A stretch of 56,622 nucleotides of DNA from Mediterranea sp. (GCA_031259755.1 JAIRKY010000072.1:1-56622); one strand, 5' to 3'. Shown: positions 21,600 through 30,614, counted from the first letter of the stretch. Notes: generated from the letters alone by a model not told the origin. A program made the numbers and translations.

Positions 21600-21650
21600 C
21601 AAAGTTCTTGGAAACGACAATAAAAGGCAATCCCTATTTATAGGGATTTT
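21600..21650 (-). promoter_or_regulatory. xus-like promoter: near-consensus -7 (GAACTTTG) and palindromic box AATCCCTAT-TT-ATAGGGATT
   Basis: Perfect 9-bp inverted repeat at 21629-21648, next to the expected -33 position. The -7-like element is at 21600-21607. Confidence 0.6.
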
Positions 21651-21660
21651 CTTAACATTA

Positions 21661-21876
21661 CTACCAATATATAATGAAAGTGAAAACAAAAAGACGACTT
21701 ACGATCCTTGTCCTTCGGGTTGGCGGGTTCCTGTCCGTGTGGATGGTACTGAGAGTGATAGTAGTGACGATAATTCTCCTTGGAAAGACGCAGCCGGTGC
21801 AACGTGGACTTCCGGTGACACGGGTGGCGCTGACCGGAGTACTGGTAATGATAATGGCCTTTACCCTACGGCCGGT
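21661..21876 (+). pseudogene. Start-less fragment of a Bacteroidales fimbrial-tip/surface protein C-terminal domain
   Basis: Frame 1 reads KKTTYDPCPSGWRVP...SPW...GLYPTAG. No ATG lies upstream in this frame, and the frame is not in the ORF track. Confidence 0.7.
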
Positions 21877-23131
21877 TTAAAAAGCTTACGGCAAATTGCG
21901 CCATAGCCCCCAATGCGTATGAAAGCGCATCTTCATCGATATCGAAACGGTCGTTATGATGTTCCGCGCCGCTGCCGAGGCTGTCGTTCCTGATACCTAC
22001 GAAGGTAAACAAGGCGGGCGCTAATTCCCGGTATCGTGCAAAAGTTTCGGCCGCATACCAGATGTATTGTTCTCCCGAAACGACTTTGTCGGGATAGAGT
22101 TCTTTAATTGCATCACGGGCTAACTGTGCAAGGCCGGCGTCATTTACAACAGGCCCCATGGCAACGCCCGTTATATCATGGAACTTGACCGAACAACCAT
22201 GCGCCCGCACAATATCTTCGCTGACTTTTTTCAGAATCGTCAATCCTTTCTCGCCCTCCGACAGGTCGAAGAAGCGAATAGTTCCTCCGATGTAAACGGA
22301 ATTGGGTATGACATTATAAATCTCGCCGCCGTGTATTTGTGAAATGCCCAACGTAAGCGTTTTGGTAATATCGCGCTGGTTGTTCCATGCGATTGAGATC
22401 CCGGTTAAAACGTTTGCCGCAGCGAATACCGGATTGACCGACAGATCGGGACGCGAAGCATGGCCGCCTCGCCCGATAACATCGAACGCAACTGTGCCTG
22501 TACCCGCCATAATGGCGCCTTCCTGAATATAAATCTCACCCGTGTTCAGGGACGATTTCAGGTGATTACCGTAAATAGCGTCGATTTTCAAGGGGCGCAG
22601 GGCTTCGATCATCGCGTTAATGCCGCAATTGGTTTCTTCGCCTTCCTCAAAAATAAATACAATCTTTCCGGTCAGGTGCGCTTGTAATTCGCTCAGGACT
22701 TTCATGGCTCCGAGCAAAATTGCGATATGCCCGTCGTGTCCGCAAGCATGGGAAACGCCCTCGTTTTTAGATATCCATTTTTTCGCTTGCTTCAGGTTCT
22801 GCGGATTTTCCGCAATAGGCAATGCGTCGATATCCGCCCGTAAACCGATGGTTTTACCCGGTCTATGCGTATCCAGTATGGCATAAAAGCCTGTGCCCGG
22901 CACGTTGGTTACCGCTAAGCCCAACTTAGCTATTTCCGACTGAATGAACCTGGCGGTTTCAAATTCTTTTCCCGACAGTTCGGGATGTTCGTGTAAATAT
23001 CCCCTTGTTTCCCGCAGATATGAGTCGGTCGCCTTTACTTTTTCGAGGATAATTCCCTTTCCTGCCGGCTGTTGCGCCGATAACAGCGAAACGCTGAAAA
23101 GACAAAGAATAATTAAACTGTTTTTCTTCAT
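21866..23131 (-). CDS. M20D amidohydrolase with a signal peptide
   Basis: Motifs LHEHPELS..EFET, RADIDALP, HACGHDGH, EEGEE, GRGGHAS.P, NVIP and HH..FDIDE. Start set at MKKNSLIILCLF, which overlaps the upstream stop. Confidence 0.9.
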   Translation of the reverse strand: MKKNSLIILCLFSVSLLSAQQPAGKGIILEKVKATDSYLRETRGYLHEHPELSGKEFETARFIQSEIAKLGLAVTNVPGTGFYAILDTHRPGKTIGLRADIDALPIAENPQNLKQAKKWISKNEGVSHACGHDGHIAILLGAMKVLSELQAHLTGKIVFIFEEGEETNCGINAMIEALRPLKIDAIYGNHLKSSLNTGEIYIQEGAIMAGTGTVAFDVIGRGGHASRPDLSVNPVFAAANVLTGISIAWNNQRDITKTLTLGISQIHGGEIYNVIPNSVYIGGTIRFFDLSEGEKGLTILKKVSEDIVRAHGCSVKFHDITGVAMGPVVNDAGLAQLARDAIKELYPDKVVSGEQYIWYAAETFARYRELAPALFTFVGIRNDSLGSGAEHHNDRFDIDEDALSYALGAMAQFAVSFLNRP

Positions 23132-23805
23132 AATGGGATCGCCGCGCCCTCCTGTTTTTTCGATTCGTTTGCTTTCGGGAAAACGGCGACAAACAACCCC
23201 CAATCAAAGTCGGGGTCGTAATAATTGCGCCAGTTACCGTCGTATAGATTTGCCAGCGGATAGACAATGTAGCCGTCCTTATGATGATCCGTACGGTCGT
23301 AAGGGTCTGCCAGGATCAGCACGTCATCTTTCGTTGTTTCGGTTCCCATGGTGTCGTATCCTATTACGGTTTGCCAATGGCCGCCCCATTCATTTGTTCC
23401 GATAATGACGGGAATGCCTTTCGCGAGAAAATCCGGAAAGAGCGCCGGCGTAATGTCCTTACGCTCGTAGTCAAAAGTAGAAACATAATCAACACTGCCG
23501 ACAGCATCGAAAATAGTTAATAAATGCCTCAGGTAGGTCGTGTCTTGCGACGTGCCGCGCAACGCTTTCAATGTCATTTCGTCGTAGCTGTTCAATTTGC
23601 CGAAATAATCCAGCGCCATCAGCGCGCAACTTGGGCCGCAGGTTACGCCGGTCGTTTGCTGGTAAGTCTTGAACTTTTCCAATAGCGTAAGCGAACCGTC
23701 GCTCTGCATCGTGTAGAAGTCGAGCGACTGATAGTATTGACGTTTGCTTTCTTTGGCGCAAGACAATAACAGCATCAGGAAAAGAAGTCCGAAATACTTT
23801 TTCAT
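23128..23805 (-). CDS. C39-like (papain-fold) cysteine peptidase lipoprotein
   Basis: Lipobox LLSC; Q-x5-C in YQQTTGVTCGP; His in GGHWQTVIGYD; Asp in LADP. Confidence 0.8.
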   Translation of the reverse strand: MKKYFGLLFLMLLLSCAKESKRQYYQSLDFYTMQSDGSLTLLEKFKTYQQTTGVTCGPSCALMALDYFGKLNSYDEMTLKALRGTSQDTTYLRHLLTIFDAVGSVDYVSTFDYERKDITPALFPDFLAKGIPVIIGTNEWGGHWQTVIGYDTMGTETTKDDVLILADPYDRTDHHKDGYIVYPLANLYDGNWRNYYDPDFDWGLFVAVFPKANESKKQEGAAIPL

Positions 23806-24875
23806 TTTTCGTTAGCCAATTGTTTGAGACTTAAATACGTTGCCTTAGTGATATGGATCAGTTTATCCCAATCTATACGGTCGGTTTCGTCTCCGGGCGT
23901 ATGATAATCGGGATGTAAGCCGGTAAAGAACCACAATATGGGAATACCGCGAAGCGAAAATGCCAGGTAATCGCTTCCACGCGACTGTGAGGCGATAACG
24001 GCCGGTTTAGGTTCTATGTTCAGTTGATAATTACGGATATCCTGTTGCACACGTTCGCCGGCTTTCGTCAGCGGTTCGGTATAAAGAAGATGAAACTGAT
24101 TACCCGTAGCCGTATTTTCAGCGGTAGCTTCCGGTATGATAAATTCGGGATAAAGAATCGGCATCAATCCGTCGCGGCTGATCATGTCGAGGTTGATATA
24201 TGCCTTGATGGTCGCCGTATTTCCGAAGTTCTCTACAAAATATTCTGAGCCCAGATAATTGACTTCCTCACCGTCCCAGAAAGCGAAAATGATACTTCTC
24301 GACGGTTTTCCCCTGTTTGCGGCAAAAGCGCGAGCGACTTGCAGCAATGCCGCGACGCTTGCGGCATTGTCGTCCGCGCCGTTATAGATCTGGTCGCCGA
24401 CGAGCAAATCGTCGACGCCCAAGTGGTCGTAATGAGCGCCGATAACGATGTACTCATCCTTTCGTTCACCTTCGATATAACCGGTCACATTTTGCAAACT
24501 CAATTTACGATAGGCCGGTAGTTGCTTGTACTTGACAATCGAATCCCGGTTTACTTGAAAATCGACTTGCTTTTCGTGTGCAGGGCTATATGCCTCAAAC
24601 GACTGGAAGTAGGTGTCTGAAAATGGTTTTATTCCCAATTCTTTCAATTCCGCCCGAATATATTCGGCTGCTACGCGCCCGCCGCGTTTTCCTGCTTCGC
24701 GCCCTTCAAGGGCGTCGCTTGCAAGGAAATCGAGATGGGCTTCGATGGTTTGTTTGCGGATGATTTCCAAACCGGCGTCGATATCCGGCTTTTTATCCGG
24801 TTTCTTCGCAAAACCGGCAGGCGAATACAAGCATAAAGCCGTTAGCAATAAAAATGAACCGATTGTTCTTCTCAT
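23802..24875 (-). CDS. M28 metallopeptidase, secreted
   Basis: Motifs GAHYDHLG, GADDNA, WDGEE, NLDMI, GSD and HPDYH; signal peptide present. Confidence 0.9.
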   Translation of the reverse strand: MRRTIGSFLLLTALCLYSPAGFAKKPDKKPDIDAGLEIIRKQTIEAHLDFLASDALEGREAGKRGGRVAAEYIRAELKELGIKPFSDTYFQSFEAYSPAHEKQVDFQVNRDSIVKYKQLPAYRKLSLQNVTGYIEGERKDEYIVIGAHYDHLGVDDLLVGDQIYNGADDNAASVAALLQVARAFAANRGKPSRSIIFAFWDGEEVNYLGSEYFVENFGNTATIKAYINLDMISRDGLMPILYPEFIIPEATAENTATGNQFHLLYTEPLTKAGERVQQDIRNYQLNIEPKPAVIASQSRGSDYLAFSLRGIPILWFFTGLHPDYHTPGDETDRIDWDKLIHITKATYLSLKQLANEK

Positions 24876-24880
24876 CTTTT

Positions 24881-26548
24881 TTAATTTTTAGGTCCGGGTT
24901 CGGATTGATTCTCATACAAGTACCGGATTTCTTCTTCCGTCCAGCCGTCGTTGTTTTCCGGGCCGCCTTCATAATTGGAGCCGGCGTATGGCGGCGTTGA
25001 AGCGTCCGAATCTCCATACCCCCAGTTTTGCCATAATGCGGAATTGAGGTCGCGATCGGGCTGCGGTATAGGGAAACGATAATGTTTAGCGTGAATATGT
25101 TCGTTCTTCTGAGCGGCTTCTACACGGCGAACCGTTTTAAGAAGCACTTTCCATCTTACGAGGTCATACCAGCGTTGCTGTTCGTAGACAAATTCATAAT
25201 AACGCTCTTGCCGCAATTGTTTTCTAAAACCTAAATAATCGAGGTTTTTCAGATTTACGTCGTCGATATCAATAGTAGCCGTTCCATCGCTGAATTCATC
25301 TACTTTGTAGGCCCGCCGCCGCACCTTATTAATGGCTTCGTACGCTTCCTGATTAGGCCCTTGATCCCGTTCGTTAATCGCTTCCGCTTTGATAAGCAAC
25401 ACGTCGGCATAGCGTAAAACGGTCGCATTCAATTCGCGGTTATAAGCGCTGGCTTCGCGATTTTCGGGATCGATATATTTCTGATAGCGAGGCAAGGTGT
25501 AATACACGTACTCGCCATAATCGGCTTGTTGATCGCGGGGAACCGCCACGTCGGCCAGAAAAGAAGCTTCTTTACGTTGGTCGCGGTCGTCGAAGCGATC
25601 GTAAAACGTACGGTCGGAAACAACGATATGCGGTGTTAACGTATCATTGTAGGTGGTGAAAAAAGCGCAGTGTGTCAGGTGATTACCTCCGTCTCCAAAG
25701 CTTTCTTGCGAGATAACGTAATTGATTGCAAAGAGGCTCTCTTTGCCGTAACGGTTATCCTTGTCCCAGTTGGCATGGAAGTCTTCTTCCAACGCATAAC
25801 CAGTTACTTTATCCGCATAATATACCGCCGAGTCCAGTTTAGCCTCCACATTGGTCGCTCCATCGGTCTGCGCCCAATAAAGATAAGCCTTCGACAGCAG
25901 CCCGTATGCGGCTTGTTGTGTTACTCGTCCCTGGTCTTCGGTGGAATAATCTTCCCGTATTTTGTAGTCGTCCAGATGTTCGGCGGAAGATCTGAGGTCT
26001 TTCACTATCTGAGCATATACGTCATTTACATTTGCCCTCGTAACGCCTACACCCGCATCAATGTCGGAACTGATTACCAAAGGCACTTCTCCGAAGAGAG
26101 GGACGATTTGAAAATAATGATACGCGCGGAGAAATTCGGCTTCGCCGGTAACTCTTTTCCTGATGCCTTCGGAAACGGTTGAATTGGGATTACCAAGTGC
26201 ATCGATTAAAGCATTCGCATTGGTTATTCCATAATAACTGCCCGCCCATGCCCAATAGGGATAGCTATTGGTAGCGTCATACAGCAAGGTAGAAAGCGAT
26301 CCTCCGGAACCACCCAGCATAGTCGCACCGGATTTTGAGGCGTCGGATGCGAGATCGACTAAATAGGCGATCACTACGCTTTCGTTATCTACTTCGGTTG
26401 CATATACACCGTTCACGGCAAGAATAGCATCCTTGTCGGATTTGAAGAAATCATTCTGATCCAATGCGCTAAGCGGTGTGAGATCCAGATCATTGCAAGA
26501 GAATAAAAACAATGACAACGTTGCGAATAGTACGAATGTCTTTTTCAT
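24881..26548 (-). CDS. RagB/SusD family lipoprotein
   Basis: Lipobox LFSC; motifs GEA.FLRAY.YF, FGEVP, RYADVLL..AEA, ER..EF..E..RW.DL.R and FPIP. Confidence 0.95.
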   Translation of the reverse strand: MKKTFVLFATLSLFLFSCNDLDLTPLSALDQNDFFKSDKDAILAVNGVYATEVDNESVVIAYLVDLASDASKSGATMLGGSGGSLSTLLYDATNSYPYWAWAGSYYGITNANALIDALGNPNSTVSEGIRKRVTGEAEFLRAYHYFQIVPLFGEVPLVISSDIDAGVGVTRANVNDVYAQIVKDLRSSAEHLDDYKIREDYSTEDQGRVTQQAAYGLLSKAYLYWAQTDGATNVEAKLDSAVYYADKVTGYALEEDFHANWDKDNRYGKESLFAINYVISQESFGDGGNHLTHCAFFTTYNDTLTPHIVVSDRTFYDRFDDRDQRKEASFLADVAVPRDQQADYGEYVYYTLPRYQKYIDPENREASAYNRELNATVLRYADVLLIKAEAINERDQGPNQEAYEAINKVRRRAYKVDEFSDGTATIDIDDVNLKNLDYLGFRKQLRQERYYEFVYEQQRWYDLVRWKVLLKTVRRVEAAQKNEHIHAKHYRFPIPQPDRDLNSALWQNWGYGDSDASTPPYAGSNYEGGPENNDGWTEEEIRYLYENQSEPGPKN

Positions 26549-26574
26549 AATGAATTATTCTTTTTAACTAATTA

Positions 26575-29500
26575 TTAAAATGTAATGCTGATACCGGCGA
26601 GGAAAGACTTAGACGTAGGATAAGCGCCGAGATCCACTCCTAATTGGAGTTCATCCGTTTCGTTATCGCCGTTGCGCGACGCTTCCGGGTCATAACCCTG
26701 GTACTTGGTAAAGGTCAGCAAATTTTGTCCTGACAGAAATAACCGGACTTGAGCGTGTGCAAACGCCGTATATTTTTCAGGTAAGTTATATCCGATAGTT
26801 ATATCTTTCAGTCTCAAATAGGAAGCGTCTTCAATATAGCGGCTATCCAGGTTGATGAACGAGGCGGCCTGCGCTTTCGGAACATTCGTGTTGGTATGCG
26901 TGGGCGTCCATCGGTCAGTCAATACTTTCGACGCATTATATATCTGTGTCGGCGTTTCCAAATTCAGGCGTAAAGCATTATAGAGATAATTGCCGTAACT
27001 GCCTTGAAAAGCGAGAGACAAATCGAAATGCTTATAATTCAGACTGCTCGAGAAACCATAAGTGAATTTGGGATGAACATTGCCGATGGTTGTCCGGTCG
27101 CTATTGTCGATTACCTTGTCACTGTTTAAATTCTTATACCGGGCTTCTCCGGCCTGCACGCCATCATCGTCCCAACTGGGTACCGCGGTAGAACTTTCTT
27201 CCCCTTGCTGTACTACGCCGTCAAAAATATACCCATAAAATACGCCCAGCGGCTGCCCTTCCTGTACGATATGATCTGAAATCACAAAATTATCAGTTCC
27301 CAACCGGATGATCTTATTCTTGTTTTTGGCAATATTGGCGACCAACGTCCATTTGATGTCCTTGGCGTCTATTAATATGGCATTCACGCTAAACTCCACG
27401 CCTTTATTGGATACTTCACCGATGTTTACCGTCCGGGAACTAAGCCCGGTTGTAGACTCCACCGGCAAATCTACCAAGAGGTCGGATGTCTTTTTGTAAT
27501 AGGCGTCCAAAGAGAAATTAATTCTATCGTTCCATAATCCGCCGTCAATACCTATATTGTATTGTGTCGTACTCTCCCATTTCAAATCATCATTACCATA
27601 GTTGGTAGCAGTGTAACCCACGACTAACTTGTTGCCGAAAGAATAATTCCGGGGTGTATAAGTACGGGCGTATAGATAATCGCCGATTTCCTGATTCCCT
27701 ACTTGACCCAAACTACCTCTTAGCTTTAATGAACTAAGCAGGTTTTTAATAAAGAAAGGTTCTTCGTCGATATTCCATGAAGCGCCTAACGCGGGAAAAT
27801 ATCCCCACTGGTGTTCTTTGGAAAAGCGGGAAGAGCCATCGGCGCGAAAAGACAGGCTCAGGTTATACCTGTCCCGCAAAGAGTAATTGACGCGCCCCAA
27901 GTAAGAATTGAGTATCGCGTCGGCGGCGCCGGATACGGGAGTTATCAGGGTAGAACCGCTCTGCAAACTGTGATACGTCAAAGATTCATTGTTGAAGTTA
28001 CTGACCGATGTATTAGAATATTCTATATACGTCTTTTGCGTAGTATAACCGGCAAGCAGGCTTACGGAATGTATCTTGTTGAAACGTTTGTTATAGTCCA
28101 GCGTAAACTCCAGCAACGATGAACTATACTTTTTATTTCCGATAGCGGTATAGCCATTCACCAACAAACCGATGGCGGAAGTAGCGGGAGCGTAAAGGTT
28201 CTGTACCGTCGAACTGCTATTGATACCCGCATTCACTTTGGCGACCAATTCCGGTAAGATCTTATACGCGGCGTAAAAGTTGCCCAAGACAGAGGTGTTA
28301 TTGGATTCGACAGTTGAATTTAACAGGTCCGACAGCGGGTTTACCGTTTGTTTACCGATACGCAAATCGCCCGTCTCAAAAGGATTGTTGTAGTAGAAAC
28401 CGCCGTCGCTGTTGTAGATGGGCACAATGGAAGGAATCCGTAGGCCATAATCCCAAATACCGGCCACGCGGCCTGCCGATTCCCGTCCGGAAAGATTGAT
28501 CAAACCACGTTGTTTGGAAGAGGCTACCGTCAGGTTGACACCCGTGTTCAGGCGGGATGCGAACAGGTCTTTGTCTAAATTTACTCTTCCCGTATAACGT
28601 TCCAATCCTGTGTTGCGAATGATGCCTTCCTGATTGATGTAATTACCCGACAGCAGGAAGCGATGATCTTCGTTTCCGCCGCTAACGGATAACTGATGGT
28701 TTTGCGTATGACCGGTTCGCAACATTGCATCCTGCCAGTCAGCGCCTTTCCCCGTCAATAAACCATTACTTGGGTATTGTGTGTAAGGACTTTTATGGTT
28801 TTCGTCCAGTTCTTCGTAGAGAGCGGCCCATTCGTCGGCGTCGAGCAACTCCAGTTTCCTGTTAATTTCTTGCACGCTGTATGAGGTTTGATAAGTCACG
28901 GTATTCCGGTCGCGCTTTCCTTTTTTAGTGGTAATTAAAATTACGCCATTGGCCCCGCGCGAGCCGTAAATGGCTGTAGCGGATACGTCTTTCAACACTT
29001 CGATAGATTCGATGTCGGAAGCGTTCAGGAATGCCAGCGGATTCAGCCCTCCGTCATAGAGGCTTGTCGTCCCGCTACCTACCGCGCTGGTGCTTACACC
29101 CACGCCCGTACGTGTCGAGGTATTATCGTTATAGACAATCAGCCCGTCTATTACGTACAAAGGCTCATTTCCACCGGTAATGGAATTGCTGCCCCGGATA
29201 CGGATCGTAGAAGTAGAGCCGGGAGCGCCTGAACTTTGGGTTATACTCAGGCCTGCAATCGCTCCGCCCAATAACTTGTCGAACGACACGACCTGTTGCT
29301 GTAAAACGGCTGATGGCAAGGATGCCACCGATCCGGTCAGTTCCTTGCGTTTTTGCGTTCCATAACCAACGACTACTACTTCGTTCAAAAAGTTGATCTC
29401 CTCGCGGAGTTGAACGGTAATTGGTTCCGTGTCATAGATAACAACTTCCTGCACCTTGTAACCCAGATACTTAACGGATATAGTAACCGGAAGCGACTGG

Positions 29501-29700
29501 AAGTTCAAGGCAAAAGTCCCGTTCAAGTCGCTTACCGTACCTGTTCTGTCTGAACCGGCGACAGAAATGCTGGCCCCTATAATGGGTTCCTGCGTTTTCT
29601 CATCCAGAACTCTCCCCTTTATTCTCACTTCGTTTCCTTGTGCAAAGCCTGAAAATGGGAATAGAAGAATCGTTAACAATAAAAGTACTGTTTTTCTCAT
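26575..29700 (-). CDS. SusC/RagA family TonB-dependent transporter
   Basis: Motifs EVVVVGYG, IRIRG, PLYVIDG, DIESIEVLKD.SATAIYGSRGANGVILITTK, RADGSSRF, LKWE and YLRLK; ends in Phe. Confidence 0.95.
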   Translation of the reverse strand: MRKTVLLLLTILLFPFSGFAQGNEVRIKGRVLDEKTQEPIIGASISVAGSDRTGTVSDLNGTFALNFQSLPVTISVKYLGYKVQEVVIYDTEPITVQLREEINFLNEVVVVGYGTQKRKELTGSVASLPSAVLQQQVVSFDKLLGGAIAGLSITQSSGAPGSTSTIRIRGSNSITGGNEPLYVIDGLIVYNDNTSTRTGVGVSTSAVGSGTTSLYDGGLNPLAFLNASDIESIEVLKDVSATAIYGSRGANGVILITTKKGKRDRNTVTYQTSYSVQEINRKLELLDADEWAALYEELDENHKSPYTQYPSNGLLTGKGADWQDAMLRTGHTQNHQLSVSGGNEDHRFLLSGNYINQEGIIRNTGLERYTGRVNLDKDLFASRLNTGVNLTVASSKQRGLINLSGRESAGRVAGIWDYGLRIPSIVPIYNSDGGFYYNNPFETGDLRIGKQTVNPLSDLLNSTVESNNTSVLGNFYAAYKILPELVAKVNAGINSSSTVQNLYAPATSAIGLLVNGYTAIGNKKYSSSLLEFTLDYNKRFNKIHSVSLLAGYTTQKTYIEYSNTSVSNFNNESLTYHSLQSGSTLITPVSGAADAILNSYLGRVNYSLRDRYNLSLSFRADGSSRFSKEHQWGYFPALGASWNIDEEPFFIKNLLSSLKLRGSLGQVGNQEIGDYLYARTYTPRNYSFGNKLVVGYTATNYGNDDLKWESTTQYNIGIDGGLWNDRINFSLDAYYKKTSDLLVDLPVESTTGLSSRTVNIGEVSNKGVEFSVNAILIDAKDIKWTLVANIAKNKNKIIRLGTDNFVISDHIVQEGQPLGVFYGYIFDGVVQQGEESSTAVPSWDDDGVQAGEARYKNLNSDKVIDNSDRTTIGNVHPKFTYGFSSSLNYKHFDLSLAFQGSYGNYLYNALRLNLETPTQIYNASKVLTDRWTPTHTNTNVPKAQAASFINLDSRYIEDASYLRLKDITIGYNLPEKYTAFAHAQVRLFLSGQNLLTFTKYQGYDPEASRNGDNETDELQLGVDLGAYPTSKSFLAGISITF

Positions 29701-29740
29701 AATCTTAATTGTTTAAGTTTATATTCCATATAACTTTTTG

Positions 29741-29791
29741 CAAAAGTAAAGAGAGGCCGTTATTGCTACAATCCCATAAATATGGTATTTT
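29741..29791 (-). promoter_or_regulatory. susC promoter: -7 TACTTTTG plus box CAATCCC-ATAAATAT-GGTATTTT
   Basis: Exact TAnnTTTG at 29741-29748. The box starts at 29769, the same 28-nt offset as in the xus-like promoter. Confidence 0.65.
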
Positions 29792-30081
29792 GTTTGATCT
29801 ACAGAGGCTATAAAACAACAATAGGACGCCGAGGATATAGTCTTAGCATCCTACATCGTTACCTGCTTTGAGAAATGTTATTCTCTAAAATAGAAGAAGA
29901 AAGAGCCTGTTAGTAGGCTATTTCCCTAAAATCACTTCGTTTTATTAATATTAAATTAAGCGTATACAGGGCAAACGCACGAAAATTAAGTAATCAAATT
30001 TTGAGATACTCCAAGTTATATGCCGCCTTTAGCCTTCGTATCTTCAAACTTAGCTTATCGGATTGTTCCCTGATAATCTGC

Positions 30082-30192
30082 AAAGACGCAAAATACTGGT
30101 ATAGCCGTCCGGTATTCCTGCTTTCATGGGCTTTTTTGCGGATTGATATTTTGTCAGATCTCATGTACGTCGTCTGTTTCTGCCTTTTCAAT
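30082..30192 (+). repeat. Left copy of a degenerate inverted duplication (partner at 30586-30746)
   Basis: 30105-30191 matches the reverse complement of 30586-30673 with 9 mismatches and 1 indel. 30082-30104 matches 30724-30746. Confidence 0.9.
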
Positions 30193-30193
30193 G

Positions 30194-30271
30194 CATATCC
30201 TCACACGTACGCCTCTCTTACAACTAATTCCCACTTCATATCTGTAACAAAGGCGTACGTGTGAGGATATG
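30194..30271. repeat. Perfect 21-bp inverted repeat with a 36-nt spacer
   Basis: CATATCCTCACACGTACGCCT (30194-30214) and AGGCGTACGTGTGAGGATATG (30251-30271). Confidence 0.95.
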
Positions 30272-30499
30272 TTTGAAACAAGTTGACCTGTTTATAATGG
30301 TTTTCTAATAAAATCCTCTATCCTTGGAGCCATCGTATTTAAATCATAAACATTAATCATAAAGACAAAGAGATTTATCCTCCCCCCCCCTTTCCCTCCT
30401 TCCCTCTTGATATGATATCTGATCATCGAACTCACGTTAAACTAATTATGAGGTTGTACCTGGCATAAAACAATTGCTTATTTTCTTGTGTGATTCACC

Positions 30500-30614
30500 G
30501 GATACCAAATCGGCCCGGTAACCTCCGGATAGAATTTCCGATAAGATCATTTTTAAAACGTTCGGACTTCCGCTGTATATAATCGTTGAAAAGGTGGAAA
30601 CAGACGATATGCAT
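30500..30614 (-). pseudogene. N-terminal relic of a GT4-family glycosyltransferase
   Basis: MHIVCFHLFND, then a 4-nt TATA insertion, then YSGSPNVLKMILSEILSGGYRADLVS. This resembles the recalled GT4 N-terminus H(L/F)xNDYSGSPKVL. Confidence 0.65.

Noticed and set aside
21674-21880. 68-aa hydrophobic ORF from the track
   Set aside because: It is the off-frame reading of the DPCPSGWRVP relic, which explains the sequence better.
16592-29700. The SusC/D pair as the transporter of the GH operon
   Set aside because: It is on the opposite strand, separated by a terminator and the xus-like operon, and directly followed by peptidase genes instead. A role in trans cannot be excluded.
29994-30191. 65-aa minus-strand ORF
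   Set aside because: Its first half is the antisense of the duplicated relic. The remainder may be another gene remnant but was not recognisable.
30377-30408. Poly-C/pyrimidine tract as a phase-variation switch
   Set aside because: It is not inside an intact gene or a recognisable promoter.
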